DNA of 63,103 nucleotides, the filler included, from Sphacelaria rigidula (Eukaryota), in the NCBI GenBank assembly GCA_964200075.2. It is 9 parts of 9 records of this genome, joined end to end, with 100 filler letters (N's around TTAATTAATTAA, not from the genome) between each part and the next. Parts side by side here need not be neighbours in the genome. Positions count along the whole stretch, not along the records: positions 35,116 to 42,037 come from CAXNAA020017387.1; positions 42,138 to 49,059 come from CAXNAA020017388.1; positions 49,160 to 56,081 come from CAXNAA020017389.1; 6 more parts are not named here. One strand, 5' to 3'. The notes beneath the pieces are model-generated. The model saw only the letters and a list, made by a program, of their open reading frames with translations. It was not told where the DNA came from and did no database searches. This document shows, one piece after another, positions 39,832-49,687 of this stretch; the first letter of the stretch is position 1, and each line of letters starts with the position of its first letter. The translations under genes were made by a program, and so were the position numbers.

Positions 39832-40401
39832 TAAAGTTCAGCCTGGTCCGGCGAGAACCCGGAGTGCTCCGTCCTGACTTTGTAGCGGCGGACCCCCGAT
39901 GGGATTGGCGTCTGTTGGCAATGACGTTATAAAACACGCCACTCACTGCGGAAGCTAGGCAACCAGGTTGGCGTTATTTTTTGCGCGCTTGCGTTTTTTT
40001 TGCGGTATAACCATAACCATGATGGTGGTCGAGCTAGATCATGTTGTGCGGCGTGGCAGAACCTCAACTCCGCACGATGGGGATGATCGTACCATGTAGT
40101 GATCAAAATGTGAGGCACCCATGAGGCAGTGAATAAACCGTGGTTGTCTCACGAAGTGGCGATACCAGGATATAAAGCAACAGATTGGAGGCTGTCATCT
40201 AAATGCAAGATAAATCGGTACGCTTCGGGCGGAACAATCTTAGCAGGATGCAGCTCACCCCGCATGCGACTTGCCGAACACACCACGGCGCTTCGCGCTT
40301 GGTGATTGAGTGCGAGCCTGGTCCGGCGAAAACCCGGCAGTAGGAATGCGAGGCCAATGACCTTGTGACTATGGCGTGCATGATCATGAGTACACCTCCC
40401 C
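39832..40401 (+). mobile_element. Family B element, apparently full length, inserted in the C-run of a 230-bp MITE
   Basis: Host left end CTTTCTACGATAGCCTCCCCCCCC precedes it and host body GGTTTGGGGAAGCAAAATC follows it. CCTCCCC occurs on both sides (39820-39826 and 40395-40401). Confidence 0.85.
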
Positions 40402-40664
40402 AAAAATAAAACGACATGGCTGGTTTGGGGAAGCAAAATCTACACGTAAATCGAGTGGGAAAAAGCTGAGCACAACGAGCAGGTCGGAATCCCCACCCTC
40501 GCGTTCGTTTTCGCCACTATCGCCCCTACGAGGCGCTTCAAGCCGCCAGAAACCAGACATCAGATGCTGTATGAACATTTTCTTTGTGTGTGTGGGGGGG
40601 GGTATCATAAAAAATGCCAGCGCGGGAGGGTGGGAGGGGGGGGCTTCGTGTCCGAAAACGTTCA

Positions 40665-42037
40665 AGGGTAGGTCGAGTAGAGTATGTACTCTTGAGTACT
40701 CGACTAAAATACTCAAGTATTTACTCTACTCGACTTTTGAGTAGGTCGAGTATGGCCTCAAGTACTCTACTCAAATTTTGAGTAGGTCGAGTACGACCTC
40801 AAATACTCTACTCAAATGTTGAGTACGCACTCTCAGTAATACTCGAGTATAGAGTATCACTTGAGTATGACCCCAATACTCTACTCAAATTTTGAGTAGG
40901 TCGAGTACGGTCTCATTTACTCTACTCAAATTTTGAGTAGGTTGAGTATGGTCTCAAATACTCTGCTCAAATTTTGAGTAGGTCGAGTACGACCTCAAAT
41001 ACTCTACTCAAATATTGAGTAAGTACTCCCAGTAGTACTCGAGTGTAGAGTATCACTTGAGCATGACCTCAATACTGTACTCAAATTTTGAGTAGGTTGA
41101 GTATGGTCTCAAACACTCTACTCAAATTTTGAGTAGGTCGAGTACGACCTCAAATACTCTACTCAAATATTGAGTAAGCGCTCTCAGTAATACTTGATTA
41201 TAGAGTACCCCTTGGGTATGGTGAGTACCCCTGACAGTCGACTACTTCGTGACGTCAGTTCACAGACGATGTTGAAAGAATGGGCGAACGATGGCCATCA
41301 ATTAGATGGGCGGCATTACATCACAGCCAACAAGGAGTACGAGCGAATGATGGCCATAAAAAAATCGAGAAGCGTGCAGGTGAACGAACCTACTTGCCCC
41401 AGCGCCCCATCTCACCAGCCCCCACCCACGGCAGTTCATGCTCGATATCTCTTCACGTCTACGATATCAATTTCAGTATAGGGTGCTACTCATCGAGTTA
41501 TCGAGTAATCGGGAGTAGTCGAGTAGGTACCATCAAAATGAGCGACTTTACTGACCACGGTTTGACAAGACAGTTTGACCTCAAATCAAAACTCATCATG
41601 GGTCGGCAACTCTACGAAGACCTCGGTATTTTCCTCTCCCCGAGTTTGAGTATCTTGCGTACGAACTTGAATATTTAAGTTGAAGTTACTGTGTACGTTT
41701 TTGGTACATCGGATCCGGCTTCAAGGACTCCACTCAAATTTTATGTAGGTCGAATACGGCCTCCGATACGCTACTCAAATTTTGAGTAGGCCGAGTACGG
41801 CCTCAAATACTCTAATAAAATTTTGAGTACGTTGAGTACGGCCTCAAATACTCTACTCGAATTTTGAGTAGGTCGAGTACGGCCTCGAATACTCTACTCG
41901 AATTTTGAGTAGGTCGAGTACGGCCTCAAATACTCTACTCAAATTTTGAGTAGGTCGAGTACGACCTCAAATACTCTACTCAAGTATTGAGTAAGCACTC
42001 TCAGTAATACTCGAGTATAGAGTATCACTTGAGTATG
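40665..42037. repeat. 41-bp tandem array TACTCTACTCAAATTTTGAGTAGGTCGAGTACG(A/G)CCTCAAA in two blocks (~40665-41235 and ~41730-42037) around a ~500-bp core
   Basis: Period of 41 (GGCCTC at 41881 and 41922). Perfect core palindrome TACTCAAA-T-TTTGAGTA. A variant unit (..TCAGTAATACTCGAGTATAGAGTATCACTTGAG) recurs. Confidence 0.92.
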
Positions 42038-42479
42038 NNNNNNNNNNNNNNNNNNNNNNNNNNNNNNNNNNNNNNNNNNNNTTAATTAATTAANNNNNNN
42101 NNNNNNNNNNNNNNNNNNNNNNNNNNNNNNNNNNNNNCGCTCGGTCGCTAGTGTTTCGCGTCTTCACTGCAAAAGAGAAATGCCACTTCAGCCCCATATT
42201 TTGTATGAACCTCATTTTCTACGATCCACTGTTAGTTCTAGGGTATGACAAAGTAGTGCATTCGCAGGTTGGATAGAACGCTTGTTAGTGCTATTTTGAG
42301 CCACCGCGTTTCCCGAGTTCGGTTGGATTGATTGATCGCCGTGCCTCTTGCACTTTGGTGGTGAAAGGCGGGTTAATAGATGCGGCTTTGCTATTTGACC
42401 AGCCATGCAGGTGTCATTCATAATGCACGCTGTAATCGATTATACTTACGCTCCAGGATCTGCCTGGATACAGGGGAAA

Positions 42480-43708
42480 TTGATATCAAGATTGGGTCAT
42501 GACATACAGGGGAAGTACGAATAAGAGACTAGTCCTGTTATTTGAGGTATACCCGATGTGGTGCTTGCAGTGCAAAGCTACTGGGGGCACATGCCTTTTC
42601 GCGTGCCAAAAATATGGAATCATGACGTGTGGTTTTGTATGAACGATTTCCCGCCCCACGAGATTCAGTTAGGTGCCCGTTCGGTGTATTCTGATTCAGT
42701 GGTGGTTTCAGTGTGTGTGTGAGTGGGCAAATATGGGTGAGTTAATTACATAAATGATACCTGGTCTCAACTGGCCATGGCAGGCTTACAACTTCCCGCG
42801 ACAATGCACCCGGTGCATGAGGCTTTCTACTTTGCTAGCATGACCTGGGTCAGGGCTCATGTACGGGACGCTAGGGATTTACATACCGTAGGTTTGATTC
42901 TACAGTGAACACGGGATCTTACAAATTGGGGATGGATCTTTTATTGGGGATGAGAAAACCGGAGAATTAAACTCTTCGTATCGACACCAAGTCTTCGAAA
43001 TATGATTTCATTTCTTCACCTACTGATAGCTATTAACAACTGCTACACGCCATAGAAATTTGGATCTTGATCACCGAAATGTTGGGGTCCTACGTGAAAA
43101 AAACAATTTCGGAACCATTTTGGCGTCCGTTCGGACACCCGGAATTCCCGAAAATTGGTTTTTCACCTAGGACCCAAACGTTTCGGTAATCGAACTCCAA
43201 ATTTCTATGGCGTGTAGCAGTTGTTAATAGCTATCAGTAGGTGAAGAAATGGAACCATATTTCAAAGATTTAGTGTGGATACGAAGATTTTAATTATCCG
43301 AGCTTCTCATCCCCAATATGAGATCCATCCCCAATTTGTAAGATCCCGTGTTAGTGGCATGAGGAGTACGCAACAGAAGAGGACTTCATTGATGTCATCG
43401 TGGAAAACCGGCATGCTCGAATATTTACTCAAGAAAAATTGTGGGCCAAGGTGACCAAAAGTTGAATAATGGAGGAAGATCAAGAAGCCCTTCAGGAAAG
43501 CGAGGCTCGATATCTATGGAAAAAATTGATAAAAAGATACATCGGAGAGCAAACGAAACAGCTACAAGAGCTGCGTCAGCAAAGTCATGCACAGGACAAG
43601 GAACCAAGCCTCAGAGCGCGCGCGTCAGCCACACAAGCAACGGCAGAGCGCGCGCGTCAGCCACACAAGCAACGGCCCCCCCGCAGCGCATTTGACCTAA
43701 GACTATGA
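42480..43708 (+). pseudogene. Decayed reading frame of unknown family, interrupted by the palindromic MITE
   Basis: Removing the MITE and one TSD gives ..HEAFYFASMTWVRAHVRDARDLHTVGLILQ|WHEEYATEEDFIDVIVENRHARIFTQEKLWAKVTKS*IMEEDQEALQESEARYLWKKLIK.. in one frame with scattered stops. Confidence 0.45.
42908..43352. mobile_element. Palindromic ~445-bp MITE, copy 2, 4-bp TSD AGTG
   Basis: AACACGGGATCTTACA...TGTAAGATCCCGTGTT, with AGTG at 42904-42907 and 43353-43356. Confidence 0.95.
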
Positions 43709-43800
43709 CGGCAGTTCAAGACGCACGTCTGCGCACGGAGAATCAAGCCCAGATCGGACAGTCTGGCACACCAAACGTACGGTTTCACGACAGCGAGGAT

Positions 43801-43815
43801 AACAACAACAACAAT

Positions 43816-43864
<49 letters not shown>

Positions 43865-43883
43865 TCGACATCGACAACGACAA

Positions 43884-43980
<97 letters not shown>

Positions 43981-44030
43981 AACGACAACAACTACAACGA
44001 CGACTACAAGCAAGACAGCAACAACAACAC
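43801..44030. repeat. Compound microsatellite (AAC)n-(GACACC)n-(GACAAC)n
   Basis: Read directly from the sequence. Confidence 0.97.
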
Positions 44031-45310
44031 GGACGACAGGAGCAGAACCAGCAAGGCTGACACGATGGACGAACTTGGAGAAGGCCGGCGAAACACCGAT
44101 ACGATTCTGGGCTTGGACCATCCTTGCGATCGCGGGAAAAGCGCGAGGGTGGTGGACGTACAACAGCAGCAGCTAGGGGTGCCAGACATCGGGGCCTTGA
44201 AAAGGGCCGAAGGCACGTGTTGTACTCGACTACCATTGATGTAGGGTGTTGCGTGTGTACGAGTTGAATTTGCGCGTGGAGCTTTCTAAGAAATGAGTCA
44301 TCATCACTTTTGCTTGGATCGAGATCGAGTTTTTTCAAAAATATTTCGACTCGCGTTTGTTTGTTTTTCATTTCGCATCACGCCCTGATCGCTCTGTAGT
44401 GAGACGGAGCGCAAGTGTGGTTTTGGAGTGTTTCATGTATGCTCTGCTTTGGTTCTCGTCTGTTTGAGACTTTGGTTTTTCCCTTCTCCAATGCAGAAAT
44501 GATATGATCACCTTGACTGTAGAAGGGGTGTTATATTCCGTCATCTACGGTAGTTGAACTTACATTTTTGACTCGAGATGACTTCGACGAGAGATGTTGC
44601 GTTGTAGAGACATGTTGCCTTGTGTGCACAACCACTTGTGTTCCAAACTGTATGGATTGAAAGTCAGGACTTCAACTGACCGCGATGTACAGTACAGGAG
44701 GGCAAAATCACATTGGCTGGTGATATGAGATGCGGTTGTTTTTGTGTTCACAGACATTGAGCGCTGAAGAAACACGTGGAGCACGCCGATTGTAAACAGA
44801 AACTGAATCGCGGAGTATAGTTTTGAGTGATTCCACGTAGCATTCTCTCATGTCAACTGATTCTGTGTGCTGTTCTCCAGGCTAATCACTGCTTGTAGAC
44901 CGTACTGCATTACAGTCTGCTGTGTATTGGCGTATGATCGAAGTATCATGTCCTGCAATAACGGTACATTTCTCATGCTGCGGGCAAATGCGGGCCAATG
45001 CATGATTTTTGTTTTTTCGTTTCTACAGATTGTTTGTTGAGCATTCTGATCAATCTTGGATACATAGGCATACTTTGGGAAGCCGTATGCATATACTGTT
45101 TGTAGAGCGTACATGGTTCCCCGCATACAAGATGTCATGTAGAGGAAACACGTTGCGCAAGCATGTACTGTTTGAAATTTCCATGTTTCCCCTGGTTAAT
45201 CAAAATTATTGATCGACAGTATAGTATAGCTTGACGAACTTGTGTGATCTACATTGAGTGCAGTTGAATTGATTTAGTTCTGGCGAACCAGCATAATACT
45301 GTACTACTGC

Positions 45311-45546
45311 GTGTGTGAGTTGTCGTTCCATCCATTCTGGATGCCAGTATACACCCTTCGTTATATGTGGGCGCACCAGCCGGAGTCTGACAGGAGGAGG
45401 GTCAACACAGGATTTGTTTTTGTTCCTTGTTTACTTTTAGTACTCCACCTTGTGCGATGCTTGCTCATGTTTTTTTTATCGCGAGGGAAGTTAAGTGCAG
45501 TGGGCCATCGACGACCGTTAGGGCGGATTTTGTGTACCCACGGCAT
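45311..45546 (-). mobile_element. 5'-truncated copy of the tRNA-SINE family
   Basis: GTGTGTGAGTTGTCGTTCCATC..TATATGTGGGCGCACCAGCC..GGTCAACACAGGA is the reverse complement of ~6220-6456. Confidence 0.85.
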
Positions 45547-47727
45547 GATACTGTGAAATGTTTTTGACAGCGTTGCGAGAAAAGACGCATGGGTTTACAG
45601 GGGAGGAATTTCATCTTTGATATGACGCACGTACGAGGTTTTCGAATATTTTCCGATTTTTTGCATGAAATACAACGGACGACTTATTTCTGCGATTATT
45701 TTCTACCGCACGCATGCCCTGCCCCCGGTGCTGCGAGCCACTCTCTATGGCGAGGCAACTGCTTTCGAATCCAGGCGGATGTGCACAAAAATGACGAAGC
45801 CCGGACCGTGACACCGCAAGAACAAAACCGAAAACAGCGACCGCGGCCTGGGCGACGACAACACAGCCGCTTTGGGGACTCAGCAGGAGCCAGGGCAGGA
45901 ACCAAACACGCTTTGGCATTTAGGTTTTCATCATTTGAATTCTTTGGGAGTTTGGATTTGATTCGGAATATTTTCGTCTCGTTGTTCGCAGCAACGTGAC
46001 ATGCCAACCATCTGAAACGTCCCGTGGTTACATTTTTTGTTTGATAGTTCTAGTTTTTGCTCCCTACGCCCTACGAAGTACTACCGTAGTTTGCTTATGA
46101 TTTTTTAACTTGATCATCCGCATGATTGCAATGATTTTGTAATTATCGAGAAAGAAAATAATGGGGGGGGGGGGAACTGACTATTTGCTTCCATGATTCT
46201 CTTTTCGGAAATTAAATACGAAGAAAACTCATGTGATGGGGTTATCCACAGCGGAGTATTTTGGGAGAAAAATCATGTGATGGGGTGATCCACGGCGGAG
46301 AATTTTTGACAATTTGATCAGTCGGTTATGGATTTCGAGACGGAAATTGATATTTTGCGATTCGCGCTAAAACGTTTTTGACAAATTGATTCGCCGGCTC
46401 TGGATTTTGGGTTGGACATTTTCAATTGTGGAAAGAACATGGCGTGGATTCAACCTCGAGTATACTTCAGAGAGTGGAACGGTTTTTAGCCTTGGGTGTC
46501 ACTAAACAATTGACTATCCACCCGCCGTTCAACTTGCGGGACTGACTATGCACCAGGATACTCACGAGAACTGACTCTGGGGTCACCGATGTTATGTTTT
46601 CATGTACTGCTTCGAAGCAATACTCCCTGGAAATCAATATATAATATTGAATCGGGGGGGGGGGGGGGGCGTCTTAAACAAGCAGTAATTTATGTTGTTT
46701 TTTCTCGAGATGTGGGGTTTTTCAAGAGGAGAAATATNNNNNNNNNNAGGGATGATTAAATTAGGGGTGGGGGGGGGGGGGGGGGGGGGGGGCGTTTTCA
46801 ATACGGAGTAATTTATGTTATGTTCTCTCCAAGGTGTGGCGTTTATTCAAGGAGTAATATCCGTCCTGATATATTTGGGGTGATAGTACTGTTTATGCAG
46901 AGTAACTTCTAATTAGACTTCTTAGCATGCACTTGGACTTTGGTGTACAGGGGTTGATTGGTTTGTGAAAGAGAAAATATTCCAAGAGTGGGACGATGAG
47001 TTTGACGATTTGGGGAATTTATCGGGCCGGATAACGAGCGAAATTTGCATCAAAAATCAGTAATTCGAAATAGGTGGACTGATCAACCGCTAATTTTGGT
47101 TACAAAATGTTTAGTGCTTACAGAGTTTGGTTTTATGTTCCGAGTTTCTCCCTGATAGGATATAAACAGTACAAGTCGTTGTGAAATGCACGAGTGCACT
47201 CGTACACAATTTTTCTCTGGGTATTCTAGGGTCTATGAAGTGAACGAAATAAAAAATTGTGCGAATTGAGGTTTAACTCCGAGATGAGGTTCAAGCCCAA
47301 AACAGTGCTTTCCCCACACTTTCGGCGATGGTGCCCAATGACGTTGTTGTTGGCCTAATGCCCCTCGATCGCGTAGATAATTTTTCAGCACAAGTCACCG
47401 ACTCTGTGAGCTTGCTGTGGAAGTATAAGCAACTATCGCAAGAAGTAGTGCCGTATACACCGAACGCAAGCAAGCCACACCCTTGTGGGGTGTGGGCAGG
47501 CGGTCCTGTTTCCAACTTGCTAACCCAAGTTGTTTCACTCCCTCAATACAATAGCCCCGCTGTCAAAGTGGGAACAGCCCCAAAGCCAGCAAACAAGTAA
47601 CAATGGTGAATGAGGGTAGAAGTGCAGCACTGCTAAGACTCACGTCAAAGCTGTGAACTCGCGACACTGAAGACAAGAGATCGGTGGGTAGCTGATGAGT
47701 AAAGCTCTTCTTCATATCCAATGAGGC

Positions 47728-47873
47728 ATGAAGACTGTAGTCGGGGTTTTCGAGTGGGACAGGGAGGTAGAGCAGCTGTCCATACGTCCGTCTGCCCCGC
47801 TTTCAATCTCGTCAGAATACAAAATCACCGTGACGCGCCGTACCTTTGGTAATCAAGGCTGTAGTAGCAACAG
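47728..47873 (+). CDS. Possible exon or relic with an Ig-like (Big_5/SbsA-type) strand pattern
   Basis: VVGVFEWDREVEQLSIRPSAPLSISSEYKITVT resembles the V.G..D....L.F.P..PL....Y.VTV pattern. CAG|GTACAC donor present, no clear acceptor. Confidence 0.3.
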
Positions 47874-49159
47874 GTACACGCGGCTAATCGGGTACAATCC
47901 ATCCATCTTCAACCCGCTGCGTCAACAATACAAGGATCGAATCCTGTCTCATACAAACACACATTCGACTAGAATCTTTCCATACCCGCTGGTCGTTTCT
48001 ACGAACCATCTGCATATCCACAAGGAACTAGTTTTAATTCAAGCACTCAGTCATTTACCATCACATTAGCCCACCCTGGATCGTTCAAGTGCAGTCGCTT
48101 TTCAGAACGGACGAAGTTGCATCGAGCCACACCTCTTCCACACCACAGAAAATTGAGGCTCCATTTGAAGATCGAGTCCTCTTGGGTCCGGGAAACGGGA
48201 ATGGGTGATCAACACAGAAAAATCAGTAACTGGCCAACACAAGCACAAAGCAAAGAGAAAAAAAATCGAACCGATACAATGATTCGGTGTCCTCATGTTC
48301 CGTGAGTTTTTCAGACGGCGTCATGGGAAAGAAAGAAGAAGAAAAAAGAAGAAAAAGAAGACCCGGAATCAACAAGCAAACCATATCCATAAAATGCAGT
48401 GTCTCCAGAATGTCGTAAGCATTTCCGTGATAGGTGCAGGAAATCAGAGACCAATCATTGAAACAATTATCCTACCCTGTCATAACTATATAATGAAGAA
48501 ATACTTCGCCCGTTTTCGAATGTCCGAATTGTTCTAGGTCATTGATAGAAATACAAGCAAGCCCGCCAAGGCATTATATCACTTCGATAACCATGTTCAT
48601 GCTAATCACTCGTCCCAGTCAATCAGTAAAAGCAAACAACGTACAGCCGAGTTCGTCGCGGAAATGGTAGTTTCCCGCGAAAACCTTTCGTTGATAAAAA
48701 AAAAACAATTAGGAAGATACGGACAAATCAACTTGTTTGACGTGAGTTAATTGTCGGTACCTGTTTGTGAGAACAACGACTTGCTGGGGACGTCTGGTTG
48801 ATGATCCAGTCGTACAGCACTTTTTTTTCCCTCACACGATGATACGAAAACAACTGACTGGTTTGTGAGGTCAGGTGTCCGTACACGTCAAAAGAAACGT
48901 GGTGGACAATACACAACCTTCGGGCCTACTGCGTAGTTCCGAGGCGGATCACCTAACACTATATCCCATATGTTATTTTGTACCCAATTTCGGAACACCT
49001 TTGAAACCGAAAGAGTTCGTTTTTTCAAAGTATGTCGACATGGTTGAAATGACTCTCCTNNNNNNNNNNNNNNNNNNNNNNNNNNNNNNNNNNNNNNNNN
49101 NNNTTAATTAATTAANNNNNNNNNNNNNNNNNNNNNNNNNNNNNNNNNNNNNNNNNNNN

Positions 49160-49687
49160 CGTCCCTCCCGGCTCGTGACGAGAGTTGATGGCTATCGCTC
49201 GTGGATGCTGACTGGTGCGGAAGCTGGCAGAGAGCGTGCGTAGGAGCGCATCTCGGCGTTCGACGCGGCTGGTGGCGCTGTATTTCACAGAGTCTTGGCC
49301 CACGATGGCCTGCAGGACGTTCAGGGCCCCGTACAACGTTCGGTGATCAACCTCGTCCTCGTTGTCTTCTTTTGGGGGGGAGATTTCGTTTTCGCTTTCT
49401 GCCAAGGGTGCCGAGAGCTGCGAAGTATTCGTTGTTGACGTCGTTGCGGCTGTGGCTGCTGCTGTTACTGATTCGCCTCCTGCTGCTGCTGCTGTGGTTG
49501 TTGTCGTTGCTGCCGTTGCTCTTGCTGTCGTTGCTGTCGCTGCTGCGGGAGTAGCTGCTACCATCGTTGCGTCGTGGACGCTTTTGTCAGCAGCAGCAGC
49601 AGCCGTTGCAGCGGTGGCGGTATCCAAGTTGCCAGCGCTCGTCGCGGAATCATTGCCGACGGAGAAGCGGGTGTTCGATCCGCTCGG
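49160..49687 (-). CDS. Ala/Thr-rich internal exon running off the contig end
   Basis: TTTAG| acceptor then 176 open codons (PSGSNTRFSVG..ATAATAAAA..EDNEDEVDHRTLYGALNVLQAIVG..). Same strand and contig as the kinase exons. Confidence 0.6.

Noticed and set aside
40665-42037. CRISPR array (palindromic ~40-bp repeats; also 35985-36880)
   Set aside because: Units are head-to-tail with no unique spacers, there are no cas genes, and the context is eukaryotic.
43657-44371. Long ORFs with poly-V, CR, LS and N/DT runs
   Set aside because: They are open only because the microsatellite has no stop codons, and no domain is recognisable.
47250-47600. Coding region MVPNDVVVGLMPLDRVD..
   Set aside because: It overlaps sequence repeated at 34955-35015 and 63012-63032 and has an in-frame stop just upstream, so it is likely repeat-derived.
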